A DNA stretch of 64,000 nucleotides from Antedon mediterranea (GCF_964355755.1 NC_092675.1:30166912-30230911), one strand, 5' to 3'; positions 25,410 through 37,442 are shown, counted from the stretch's first letter. Notes: generated by a model not told the origin, from the letters alone. A program made the numbers and translations.

Positions 25410-26702
25410 CAGGGTTGGCGCCAGGATCTTCCCGACACGGGGGGCTACATTCCCCGACGAGGGGGCTATGCGAGCGAAGCGCGAGCATCACAAGGCTGGG
25501 GGCTAGGGGGCCGCCAAGGGCCCCCGGTGGGGGTCCAGGGGGCGAAGCCCCCGGAAGCAACGCGTTCTAGCGTCATTTGAGGTCATTTTAATCAGATTTA
25601 GGGTAGCCATTTTTTTCCATTTTTTATAATGCATAAATAAAATACTGCGTGCAAAAAAACGGTGCGCGATGACTGTTTCAATCCATATTTTTCAATTTAA
25701 AAAATAAAAGTTCAAAGAAAATTTAGAAAAATAGAGTTGGAGGTCATGGAAATTGGACTTATTATACTTCAAAACATGAAACAAAATATATAAGTCCCTA
25801 TCATGGTTGTGACTGAGCTAAGAAATGTTTGAAAAATCGAGATGTTAGGTCCCGGAAAATGCACTTCTTGTACTTCGAAATATGACCAGCTTTATTGTTG
25901 GGGCTGAGCTAAGAAAATGTTTAAAACTAGAGCTGCATTTTATACTTTGGAAACATCAGGCCCAGAGGCTTAAAAAACGCAAGTGTAGACCTTTTCAGTC
26001 GGGGAAATAAGTTTATTCCTCCCAAGTGTATGCCTGCGTACCATCTGGACTTCCGAGTGGTGAGAAATTCATGACATACAGGACATTGAAAATTTAATAA
26101 CTTAGCTATAATAAGATAACTAAGCGAAAATGGCATGTTTTTTTGTTTAGTAATGGATGAAATATTTATTTTAGGTGCCCCACGGTACAGAAGGTTACTT
26201 GTAAATTAAAAAATTGGTGAACATACGAACAATTAACATAATTCGTTTTTGCTGTAGTGTAGCGTACGTCGACACAGTACACGACGTAACCATCGGTAAA
26301 CTTCGCCTGGAAAATAACTACAGTACACATTTTGGTCCCTGGATGGAACATGATATCACGACCCAACGTTGAACGATTCGTACAAAGGGATACCGCCAGA
26401 CAAGTGCGTACCTATAGCTATTGTTTAGTAGTAAGTTAGATCGCTGGCGATAATGAATGCATATAAAGTGCATAATATCACTCTGACGTACTCTCACGGT
26501 CAATGAAACGTCGAGGTTTTCTAGGCGCTGAAGCTACGAAGTGAACGCGAACGAATTATATTCCCCGACAAAAAGTACCCGAACCGTCGGTAAACTTCGC
26601 CTGGAAAATAACTACATTACACATTTTGCTAGGGGCTAGGCTCCCCGACGAGGGGGGCTAGAGCCCCCGTAGCCCCCCCCCCCCCCGCTGCCGCCACCAC
26701 TG
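25410..26702. mobile_element. Non-autonomous hAT-type element inside the Naiad RT
   Basis: TIRs cagggttggcgccag / ctgccgccaccactg; 8-bp TSD gaagtttg / caagtttg; GC-rich subterminal repeats; removal restores HKL-RQQFDKSLIGLYRDDG. Confidence 0.88.
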
Positions 26703-27069
26703 CAAGTTTGTGAAGGATGAATAGCCCAATCAGCTCGCATACCTCCGCCCCGTCGTAACTGTCCATGGCTACATCGAAGTTACAATCAGTACCGCGTTTA
26801 CTCCATACCGAGTTTCTGTGGAAGAGTAAAGTTTCACGAGGAATGCATTATTACATCAATGTCCAGTTTGGGAATACGAGTGTCATTGCTGGCCCAGTCG
26901 ATGGCCGTGCTTAATAATTAGTGATATAGATGGATAAAAGTCCACTTGTCGAACATAATAAATGTGTGTCGGTGTTTGTCTGTAAATAATACAGTAGCCT
27001 ATATATGTATATAGATACAAAAATATAGCCTACAATACTATAAAAAACGTTGAGTTTTTTCTTTTGGGA

Positions 27070-27440
27070 TTAAATATTTTTTAGAGCAGACTTAAAATTA
27101 TTTATTGTTACCGCATTTCTTAGTTTGGTGGGTAGCAAATTCAGGTATGTTTGTGCTCTATAGATCATAAGCTGTTCTTAAAAGTTTCAGTTTTAGGGAA
27201 AGGGACGACAAATTTCCTCTCACTGACACTTCGGGTACATCGATGATTTGGAATTCTGGCAAGACGCAGGGCAAGGTATTCCGGAGCAAGACCATTTGCA
27301 GACCTGTAGGCAAGGCAGCCCAGTTGTAGATGCATGCGATCTTGGACTGTATGAAGATTTAAGGTGTTGTAAATGTTAGTTTGTGGTTAGACTTGCTCCA
27401 AGTCTGTATTTATTGTCTTTTTTGTGTCATTCCACACGTC
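27070..27440 (-). mobile_element. L2/CR1-group LINE C-terminal fragment
   Basis: LHTVQDRMHLQLGCLAYRSANGLAPEYL...FVVPFPKTETFKNS...LPTKLRNAVTINNFKSALKKY with frameshifts. Confidence 0.7.
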
Positions 27441-28850
27441 GTCGTTTTGATTTTTGTCTGAAACAAGTAATACACGTATGAAACGCCATATGTGCAAAAT
27501 TATTGTATTGTTATAGAGGAGTATGGATGTGTGTTTATTAATGAAATGACCGAGCACGCGATAAGATGGAGATGGGGGACAAGCCCAGTTTGGAACGGAG
27601 TTTATTTACATGAAAAGAAAAAGATAAATTTGAATCAATGTGAATGCCAAGATGTTTCTGTTTGTCAGTTTGTGATATAGGTATATAGGAAACGATATTA
27701 AAAGTAGTGACTTCTATTTCTATTTTATATCACTGTGCTACCCTGGTGCTAAATTGGGTCCACTTGAGCAGTTACCACCGTAGACGTACTATTTCTATTA
27801 TTGAAGTTAATAAAGGCATAAATGGCGCCCCGTGGACGTGGAGAAGTAGAGAATGCTCCCAGTCGTCAGAATATGACGCTCTGAATATACCTCTAGTAGC
27901 GTAGCGGCGCTATACTTGGCTATAATACTAGCAAAGATAGTGATACTAGCCAAAGAATATATATCACAAGAATGAGTATTCCGCGATTTTTGCATGAGAA
28001 ATTTGTAACAGAGAGCTCCAGTGAGTGATGCCCGCCCTCATAAGGGCGGATGTATAAATACTAAATAAGACTTGATTTAATAGACATGATACATGTCACA
28101 TTAAATAGAATTATGATGATAGTTTTTGCAATTGTAAACTATTTTATAATACAAATTTATTAACAAACTAGTGTTTATTCACTTTTACAGACAATTATTT
28201 ACTAACATGCTAAGTTAGTTCACAAAAAAGGCCTAACACAGCAACACCAAAAATCAACGAATATTACTCAGCACGGCCTATTCTTTACCATTGCCGTGTA
28301 CTACTGTACGCCCGGTAAATTAAGTATTGTTTTTATGATATAAATTAGTATAAAACACATGTTATTAATAGGAGAAAATGTTAAATGTCATTAACATTTA
28401 TTTGTTTTACCAGAAACAAGTTAAATATAGGAATATTATTAAACTATCCTTCGTGAAAACGCGTAAACACCAACACGCCCGGTCACGCTATCGTAGCGCC
28501 CGGTTGATAAATCAAACTGTTTATACGGCAGTTTTTACTAAATAAATTGCATAAAACGAACAATTAAATATTCAAATAGTATTTAACATGATGTTGGCAT
28601 GTAGTTGATAACATTTTTATCATCGGAAAATACTCCGGTGGTCCAGCATTTGATTAGTGAAACCTTCACAAAAAGTTGTATACATCCCAGATACATCCAC
28701 ACTTATGGCGGCGCCCTACCACATGGACAATATTACTGTTACAGGGAAAATCGCGGATTACTCATTCTTGTGATATATATTCTTTGTACGGATTTTGTAC
28801 TAGCCTAGGAGGTCTAGCCTAGGAGGTAGGCCAAGCCACATATCATCAGT

Positions 28851-28892
28851 ATGAGTAACATATATATTCATGAACCCCCAACAAATGGGAAG
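28851..28892 (+). CDS. CWC27: CWC27 spliceosomal cyclophilin, exon 1
   Basis: MSNIYIHEPPTNGK|gtaaat, the conserved CWC27 N-terminus. Confidence 0.95.
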
Positions 28893-28929
28893 GTAAATAT
28901 TATTTAAATAAATTGTTTGTTGTTGATGT

Positions 28930-29350
28930 TGCCTAGGCCTCCTATCTAGTAGGCCTACTAGCCTAGCTAGGCCTAGTATTAGTAGTAGTAGTAGGCCTAG
29001 GCTAGCTAGCCTAGCCTGGCCAGGCCCTATGGCCTAGGCTAGTAGGCCTAGGCTATCTAGGCCTATAGGTAGGGCCTGGCCCTAGGGCCTAGTAGGCTTC
29101 TTTTACTTTTAAGGGCCCTAGGCCTAGCCTTCCCGCCTAGGCCTAAGGTCTCTAGGCCTAGGCCTAGTAGATTTGCGCCTAACGGTAAGGGCCTTTGTCT
29201 AGCCGGCGGCGGAGCCCTATATAACTTATAAGCCTGCCTAGCCCTAGTAGGCTAGTTAAGTTAGGCCCTCTAGCTAGGCCTAGGCCTATATAGATAGGAG
29301 GTAGGCATCCATATAGACCTATGTTACTAAGTCTCTAGTAGTAGGCCTGG
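28930..29350. repeat. TAGGCCTA-rich island at the start of CWC27 intron 1 (smaller patches at 28800-28832, 29838-29853, 30153-30210)
   Basis: Dozens of TAGGCCTA, TAGCCTA, TAGGCTA, TAGCTA and TAGGGCCTA variants. Confidence 0.85.
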
Positions 29351-29359
29351 CATATGACC

Positions 29360-30150
29360 GGTTGGGCCGCCGACAAGTTGGGCCGCCGGTAATTTCTATG
29401 AAACGCCCAGTGCATCTTTTATGACATTTCGCGTAGTGATAGAGTGGTGTCCTACATAAGTTCATGATCTTTATATTTATTGTGTCATGAAAATAAATAA
29501 TATATAATTACATACTACAATTTTGTTAGTTTGAACCGCCATAACAAAACAACAATGTCAATGGAAAGTAGTCATATTTAATAATTTAAATGTTTTGAAT
29601 CTTTCAAGGTAAAAATGCCATGCACTCCATAAAACTTTTCTCGCGTGTAGGCCTACCACGTAAATCACGTTGTCTCCAGGACTAATAGAGTATTGATATT
29701 CTTCGAATGAGGTTAAATAATTATTATTTTTTATTTACTATCTTTTAATATCATATTTTATTGAATTTTACAATTTTAATACACAAAATATTTTCCAAAA
29801 GAACGGTGATTTATGTAATTATTTTACTGAAAAATGGAGTAGGTCTAGGCCTAGTTCATATAACTGCCGCCTGAGGGGGGCAACATGTTTACGCCATTAT
29901 TGGCTAAAAACGATCATTTTCGGTGATGTTTAGGCCTTATTTATAATTTGGAATCAGATTTTCATAATTATTTCTTGTAATATTTAATAATATATACTAA
30001 AAACCGTGATATAAACTTTTGAATATACATTGTTATCCCCACCAATAAAAATAGAATTTCTATTAAATAGAAACGAGCACTGGCGAAAGTTAGCATTTGG
30101 CGTTCCATAGAAAATAATGTTTTTCTGGCGGCGGCTCAACTTGGACTAAT
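29360..30150. mobile_element. Old TIR element in CWC27 intron 1
   Basis: caagttgggccgcc..tttctatgaaacgcc mirrored by ggcgttccatagaaa..ggcggctcaacttg. Confidence 0.5.
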
Positions 30151-30556
30151 CCGTAGGCCTAGGTACTGTAGGCTAGGTCTAGGCTAGCTAGCTTTTATTA
30201 GGGTAGGCCCTGCCTTCTTGTCTGTAGTAACTATTGCACATATCAATTGCGTTTGGTATCTTTACGAACATTTGCACCAAATCATACCATTCATACCATA
30301 CAATCATTTAGTTTTTAAAAATAGGTGTACGACGCTGAAACATTACCGTTCTTTTTTTTTTTCAATTTTTCAAGTCATTCCCTGCCTGTCGTTTCAGCGC
30401 ATTTTGAAATTTTGTTTTGTTTGTTGAATCAGCGCTCTGATCTTCACGAAATAACGCTATATAAATGTCGCATTATATAATTAGTTTCTTTGTTTTATCT
30501 AAAGAATAATCTAAATTAAGAAAATTATAACAAAATAAACTTGATTGATTTGATAG

Positions 30557-30766
30557 GTTCTTTTGAAAACATCGTGTGGTGACATTGATATTGAGTTGTG
30601 GTCCAAGGAAACACCAAAGGCATGTCGCAACTTTGTTCAGCTGTGTATGGAAGGTTACTATGACAACACAGTTTTTCATCGTATCATTAAAGGTTTCATT
30701 GCGCAAGGAGGTGACCCCACTGGAACTGGAGAGGGAGGTGTTTCAATTTATGGAAAAACTTTCAAG
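30557..30766 (+). CDS. CWC27: CWC27 exon 2
   Basis: VLLKTSCGDIDIELWSKETPKACRNFVQLC...FHRIIKGFIAQGGDPTGTG...FK; ag/gt boundaries. Confidence 0.97.
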
Positions 30767-30892
30767 GTAAGTGATTAAAAATGTGAGGTACAGTATACTA
30801 CCTCAAATATTATAAGCTTACTCAATTATCATCCCAGTAATTACTTGTTTGGCTATCAACATGTTTAACCTACTATTTCTTATTTTATTCAG

Positions 30893-31036
30893 GATGAATT
30901 TCATTCAAGACTCAAGTTTGTTCGTCGAGGTTTGGTTGCCATGGCAAATGCTGGTCCTAATGACAATGGCAGTCAGTTTTTCTTCACGCTTGACCGATGC
31001 GAGCATCTTACTGGCAAACACACAATATTTGGAAAG
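30893..31036 (+). CDS. CWC27: CWC27 exon 3
   Basis: DEFHSRLKFVRRGLVAMANAGPNDNGSQFFFTLDRCEHLTGKHTIFGK. Confidence 0.97.
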
Positions 31037-31325
31037 GTAAACGTTTTAATCGATATTTTACGCCAAAGTCATGAGATTAATAAATCTTCAAACGATTTTC
31101 CCATCTTACTTTCAAATTTATTTGTTTTATTTATTTTTTTATTTAACCTTATTTATAGAGGGTGACTCTAAACAGCATATGCTGACAATCAAGGGGTCCT
31201 CATGATGGGTTATGATATTAAGTGTCTATGTGTTACAGTAGCTGTAAAATAAATCCCCAAAAAAATCACAATTTCAAATAAACGGTTTTTTAAAGATTTC
31301 TAAATTTCACATTGATTGGTTTCAG

Positions 31326-31424
31326 GTTGCAGGCAACACAATCTATAATATGGTGAAACTATCTGAGGTAGAGACAGATGGTGATGACAGACCAATATTT
31401 CCACCAACAATCAAATCAACACAG
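31326..31424 (+). CDS. CWC27: CWC27 exon 4
   Basis: VAGNTIYNMVKLSEVETDGDDRPIFPPTIKSTQ. Confidence 0.95.
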
Positions 31425-31954
31425 GTATGTAACCCTTTAATGTGGACATCACTGTAGTCACTGTTTGTGTGCTTAACCATCTAAGGTTTTTAATCTTGTG
31501 GTGCAATTAGTCCAAGACTTCTGCCATGTAATTTATCAATCAACTCTATGGAGTGGAGTTTTGACTTGGTGGTTATGATGATTGGCTACTAATCCCAGGG
31601 TACTTGGTTCAACTCCTGTCGTATTTCAGGATTTTTTCTAATGACAAATTACAACTCCACTCCCACTTTGTTTATGTAGAGCATCTTGTTTATTTGTTTT
31701 GTGAACGGGATTGCCACCTTTAAAAAGGAGAGTGAATGAATTCACTTATGGTTATCCTTGGCAATTTGCCTAAATATATAAAAAAAAAATAAAAAAAATT
31801 AGATAACTTTATCATTTTTATATGATGTCGGTTGGGCAGAAAGATGCTTATAAATTGGCAAATATAGTCTGCTGCCCTCTCTTTGAAATAACTTTTTTTG
31901 TTTGTTTCATGGGTATAATTGTCTTCAATCATGCTTCACTGGAAACATTGGGTT

Positions 31955-32087
31955 AGACCATCTAAAGACCAACTTTTGCCATGGTCAGTAGGGCTGCAGA
32001 CCATCTAAAGACCAACTTTTGTCATGGTCAGTAGGGCTGCAGACCATCTAAAGACCAACTTTTGTCATGGTCAGTAGGGCTGCAGAC
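31955..32087 (+). repeat. 43-bp tandem repeat x3
   Basis: agaccatctaaagaccaacttttgtcatggtcagtagggctgc. Confidence 0.9.
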
Positions 32088-32987
32088 TATAATTTCCAAT
32101 TTCTGATCACCTACCATGATCAGTAAACTGTGAGATCATTCACTACTCTTTTCAGTACCGGACACCCTAGGGCAGATCTAATATGTCCGGTTTTCTGGAA
32201 AATCTGATATTCAGAATGTGTTTTTATTGGTAAAAATGAATTTGGGGCATTTTGGAACTCAAGAAAAGTCTGGTTTTGGGAGAGTTTTAGGTTTTCAGGG
32301 AATAGTTGACTGTGGTATAACAAGTTCTGTAACTTGCATTTTATTGACTATGTGCACAGTTTTATATCCCATTTGAAAGCTCAAACCAATGCATTTCACA
32401 TAGTAGTCTGATTCTTTACACCGTCACAATCACAGTCTAAATAGTGCCAACCTTGCTTAAATTTAAGCAATCTGATGAGAACTGATGGTGTACATTGTAT
32501 TATGTGTGTGTATATACTAAACAAAACAGTGATTATTGTTTTTAAAAAGATAAACTGTTAACAGTTCAGGATGTTGACACCCATTAAGAAAAAACACTGT
32601 TGTTATCAACATTTGGGATACATTATTGAAAGAACCTGGCAACAATTAAGTGTTAGTTTCCATTAATAGTAGCATTAATTTGTACGATTACCATGCAAGC
32701 TGAGCAATCAGGGACAAAGATGGTGCAGTTTTATACCTCTGGGACGTTAGCTTCCTTTACGAATGTTAACTTGTCATGGAGTAATTTCAGTTCTTATTTA
32801 TTGCTAATAAAATGTTTGAAAAGATTGTGAGTAAAAGGGAGGGTAACATCAAAACATTTAGGATATGTTTATTTTTTACAATTGATGGGAAGCCAACTGT
32901 TTTCAAATTTCACAATCGAAGGATTTTGATTAATGTACTTAAATTTAGATAAATTTTGATATTCATTTATTTGAAATTTGTTTTTAG

Positions 32988-33088
32988 GTACTAGCTAATC
33001 CATTTGAAGATATTATACCAAGAGAAATTAAGAAAAAGGAAAATGAGAAAGGTGAAACTAAATCAAAAAACAAATCAAAAGCTACCAA
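32988..33088 (+). CDS. CWC27: CWC27 exon 5
   Basis: VLANPFEDIIPREIKKKE...KATK. Confidence 0.93.
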
Positions 33089-33343
33089 GTAAGTAGAAAA
33101 TATGTACACAAACAAATAAGCAATTGTTTATCAAAATGATAAGAATTCTAAGATACGTGATGCTTGTAAGTGATGGAATAATAATAAGCAATTGTCTATC
33201 AAAATGATAAGAATTCTAAGATACGGGATGCTTGTAAGTGATGGAATAATACAGGCATCGTCTGAAAAAACGGCAATTCTGGATTTGTAAAATCGTATTT
33301 TTCCTTTCTGAAACTGTCTAACAAATTTTAATATTCTCTAAAG

Positions 33344-33493
33344 AAATTTTAGTTTATTGTCATTTGGAGAAGAAGCCGAAGAGGATGAGGAGGAAGTGAA
33401 TGTTGTAAGCAAACAAATAAAAACAAAAAGTAAAAGTGCACATGACCTTACTGATGACCCCAAGTTAAGTGCTCAAGCAGCTCTAGAGGTTGA
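33344..33493 (+). CDS. CWC27: CWC27 exon 6
   Basis: NFSLLSFGEEAEEDEEEV...KSKSAHDLTDDPKLS. Confidence 0.93.
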
Positions 33494-33682
33494 GTAAGTC
33501 CTAACCCATCATGCTAGAAATATGTCATTAAAATAAAGCAAACATTTAACAAATCTTTTCTATTCGTAATTAAAAAATTTGTTTGTATAGATTTGTAATT
33601 AGTTAGTTATAACAAGTTGTTATTATTGTGATCCAATTGTTGTTTTCTGTCAAAGCTAATGCTGTTTTTTTTTATTCAAAAG

Positions 33683-33841
33683 TTTACCACCAGCAAAAAA
33701 ACAAAGGGTTGAGGAAACTGAGGATATACCTGATGATGAATACAATGAAAAGATGAAAGAGAAAATAAGGAATAAGTTAAAGAAGGAAGTAAAAAGTGGT
33801 GAAAAAGACAACAAAGAAAAGAAGAGCAAGAGCAACAATAA
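33683..33841 (+). CDS. CWC27: CWC27 exon 7
   Basis: LPPAKKQRVEE...MKEKIRNKLKK; phase 2/2 matches neighbours. Confidence 0.85.
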
Positions 33842-33943
33842 GTAATATATACTATATTGATACTGAGTAGAATTTATAGTTTTTTTCTTTACAAATTGAG
33901 CGGCTGCAAATATTGCCAATTGAACACTTTCACAACATATGAT

Positions 33944-33990
33944 TACAGTCATACCACATTGAAACACAAGTTCTCATCAGATTACTTTTT
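33944..33990 (+). mobile_element. Degenerate 5S-derived SINE head fragment (a weaker one at ~32440-32500, minus)
   Basis: tacagtcataccacattgaaacacaagttctcatcagattac resembles the 5S 5' end and the SINE at 55 kb. Confidence 0.55.
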
Positions 33991-34139
33991 TTAAAAACTT
34001 AGATAGTAAACCATTGAGTATTGTATAGACCTTCAAAGAATGATATGGTGTTTATCAGTGTTTTCCAGTACATGCCTGTATATCATTCTAAGATCTTGTT
34101 GCTAGCTTTAATGAGGTCATCACTCCATCAGCCATCATT

Positions 34140-34320
34140 TCAACAGGACTGTGATGTACCAGTTCACGCGGCGTAGCTCCCTACTCTTCCTAATCAGCTT
34201 GCACTGGGTGTCCTTAACTGTGATTACTTGTTCTACCACTAGAACTATGGTCAAGGAGTTTCCTTGACCCTGTGCCGATGTGATGGGTGTGGTTTGGGGC
34301 ACTCAACCACTCGACTCTTG
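34140..34320 (-). mobile_element. Deu/Nin-domain-like SINE fragment, copy A
   Basis: Minus strand atcggcacagg..actccttgaccatagttctagtggtagaacaagt..aagagtaggga matches 38920-39070. Confidence 0.55.
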
Positions 34321-34450
34321 CTTTAGTAAAGAATTTACTATTAACCCAGATTACATTCTTTTAGTATTTAATTTATTTTCAAATAATACGGCTAAATTTC
34401 AACACATAACACCAATTTAAGTCTCAATTTATTCATCTTGTTTCTTGTAG

Positions 34451-34676
34451 AGAATTATTGCAGCAAGAAGCTGAAGATCTTAAACGAGAAATTTTAGGGA
34501 AAAAGAAAAAAGAAAGGAACAATGAAAAATTAGGTGATTCAGAAGAAAAACAGATAAAAGAAGAAGATGAAATTGAAGGTAAAGAAGGTGACTTGATAAA
34601 TGAGTTTAAAGACCAGAAGAAAAAGTTTAAAGAAAAAAGGAAGAATCAGGAAAAGGGGAAATCAAGGGAAGAGCAG
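34451..34676 (+). CDS. CWC27: CWC27 exon 8
   Basis: ELLQQEAEDLKREILG...KGKSREEQ|gt. Confidence 0.92.
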
Positions 34677-34931
34677 GTTGGTTTACTTTCAAATATTGAA
34701 GCATTATCCACAAATTAATTGTTTCTTATATTTTAATTTTGATGATTCAATGGAAAGAATGAGTAACATGAATGTAAATTCATATTTATTTTTCTCTCAA
34801 GTTGTTGCTGAGCAACAGCTAAACCACGAGTAATAAAAATAATAATAATAATAAGATTTATACAGCGCACATATCCACTAAAGTGCTCAAGGCGCTTGTG
34901 AAAAAACCATGAAACATTATATTAACCTTAA

Positions 34932-35502
34932 AGGCCAGGTACAGGCAAAACGTTTCTATTGATCATACATTTCAATAATTATCGATCTATAGCTTCCCCT
35001 ATGTTTCATAATATTTGGAATTTTATGCACGAGCTGGTTGAAAATAAGCACTTTCTTATCAGTTCAAATTACACAGAAAAATCCCTATTCTTTTGTACAC
35101 AAATGTTGTAAAAAGAGGGGCATTTTTAAATAACTATGAAAAATAAACTGTGTGGTAAAAAATGTTATCAGATAACTAAATATAGGTAATATAACTTGAA
35201 TTTTACATTTCTGGTATTTTTATTCAACTTTAAAGTTTTATTTTTATGCTATAGCAAAAATTATCCACCGTCTTATCCACCATCTTTTTTTCACCTTCTA
35301 TGGAGTTACCAGACATGTTATTACATTAGATTAAACTACTTAAAAAAGGTCTTCCTGGTTTTTATAGCAGAATTTTGCCAAATTTTGTATTTGACCATCT
35401 TAAGAGAAATTCATGTTTTTCGTCTTGATTTCTATTACAAATAATTGATTTATGTACAATTAATCAGATATTATATTTAAAATTCATACCTGTACTTGAG
35501 CT
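34932..35502. mobile_element. Kolobok-type MITE, copy 2 (opposite orientation to copy 1)
   Basis: ttaa|aggccaggtacaggca ... cctgtacttgagct|ttaa; colinear reverse complement of 11045-11638. Confidence 0.8.
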
Positions 35503-37128
35503 TTAAACCTAAATACAATTGATAAATATGACAAAAACCAAAAAAATAAGACCAATCGAGTAATAATATGACTCATTGATCTTAAAAAACATGATCCTCA
35601 CTGATCTTATATTTATTTATTTTCTAATAGAATGATTTCAAGTGAGCATATATATTATTAGTGTGATGTTGATGGCTGTTTATTTATTGTTTAATTACAG
35701 TAGGGTAATACAATGTTTTATGATTCAAATTCAAATTTATTTCCTTTCTTTTTTTTTATAAAATAAAATGTTTACGATAATAGTATTGGCATTATTAACA
35801 TAGGAAAGAAGGAGCTAGAAAAAGTAGTATACTTCTAGTCCAGCCCCTACTGTATAACAGAACAATAGTTACAATATTGTAATAATAATAGGGCAATATA
35901 AATGTTTTTTTCTTCGTTTAATGATGAAAAAAATTGATTGTTTCAATGTTGGTTTAGTGTGATTTGTTTTACCATCATGACACACTGTACACCTGTTAAC
36001 TATCCCATGATTGCGTTTCTAGGAACATATATTAATCATTTTAAAATGTCATCAATGATGACCTATTTCTGTATACCAAGCACTAGCCACATTATTCACT
36101 GAGTGACTGTTTCCAATGCAACCCAAATCATTTCCATGTTGTTAATCTGTTGGTATATTATATCACACATTCCTCAACTCTGATTGGTTGCATTGTATAA
36201 ATAGGAGGATCCAGGTGGTACCATGTGGGTCATGCCAGCCCCCTTTGACAGCTAAATTAACAAGAAATACTTTTTGTTATCTATTTTTGACAGACTATTA
36301 ATATTATGTTTAATAAATCAATAATAGATCATAATATGAATATTAAATATTGTATTGTATACCTAACTGAGCATGCCTGTAAATTGTACTGTACCTAACT
36401 GAGCAAGTCCATAATTTGCAAGATATAGAAAGGTTTAGAAGAAAGTGAAAGGTTGAGCTGTAAGATGTTGCATAATTTATTCAGAATTTAAATTCCCAGT
36501 TCATTATAGTAGAGACTTATATTTAGATATTGATTGACAAAATGAATGCCATTAAATTATATAATTAACATAATAAATATATATCTTTTCTTATTAATAA
36601 TCACGAGGTGACATATGAAAATCACTATGGATCATCCCATGAAGTTATATTTCAAGTAATCAACTCAACTTGTCAGCTAAACTGCATTTTTAGATTCAAT
36701 TTTTTAAGTAAAAGTTTTTCAAAAGCGATCTAATGAAAGTATAAGTGACGACTTGAAACAGCTGTTAAAAGACTTGTGGTCTTTCCTGCTACTGGGGTCC
36801 TTCTTGCTAATTAGATTCACTTTTCAAAGAAATTGACAAATTTAATCAATGTTTTGTCTGAAAATGACAGTTTTTTTTTTAAAAGATCTTCTTCATTATA
36901 GTTAATTGTCTACTCCATAGTTGAACATTGGAACCACAAAACATATTTAATGTTGAACTCCTTTTGTACAACCTATTTCTCAGTTTCTTATTACAATACA
37001 GCTTTGAAGGCTGTTGATACATTAGAAAATTATAGTGATGATTGATTTTAGCTTTCTTATACTGTTATACTAATGTAATGTTCATTCATTCACAAAATCT
37101 ATGATCAGGATGTTTTTTTTCTCTTCAG

Positions 37129-37229
37129 ACTTTAGCAATTTTGGCAAAGTTTCAAAATAAATTATTAGCTGCTAATGAAAAAAGACTTGAGCAAGGAGAA
37201 ACGGAAAAGGCCAACAGGACAAGAAGTTG
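37129..37229 (+). CDS. CWC27: CWC27 exon 9
   Basis: TLAILAKFQNKL...RS(W); cag|ACT and TG|gtaagt. Confidence 0.9.
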
Positions 37230-37400
37230 GTAAGTTGATAGTTGAACAATAAACACTCTGTACACCAATTACTTATTTCTTCTTAACCCTTTGAAGATGC
37301 GAGGTTTATACCCTAAGTAACTGAGGCTAAATAAGGTATTTTTAAGATATCTATATACAATTATTTACGTTAATCCAGTAATAAATACATACAGTGTGTG

Positions 37401-37442
37401 TGCTACGCTTCGACTTGTTATCAACAAATCTTCATCTGGCAA
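37401..37442 (-). ncRNA. Decayed minimal hammerhead ribozyme (Penelope-type relic)
   Basis: Minus strand ugc-CAGAUGA-a-gauuuguu-gau-aacaaguc-GAAGC-GUA-gca: 8-bp stem II and stem I kept, two core substitutions. Confidence 0.5.

Larger units (their letters stand above)
23090..26985 (-). mobile_element. Penelope-like retroelement, Naiad type (RT + GIY-YIG), decayed and split by nested insertions
   Basis: FDVAMDSYDGAEVCELIGLFIL / IGLYRDDGLAAF, YLDVTFNL, IIWFNPPF, CNCRNKPECPLNGSCL, YIG, FKTGFNNHKKSF..SELSKYVWSLK, CSLCLDEKL..LLNKRSELISKCRH. Confidence 0.9.

Noticed and set aside
25378-25560. Pro/Gly-rich 60-aa ORF
   Set aside because: Translation of the GC-rich subterminal region of the hAT MITE.
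26480-26516. ctgacgta...gaaacgtc hammerhead-like motif in the hAT element
   Set aside because: Core mismatch and no pairing in stems I and II.
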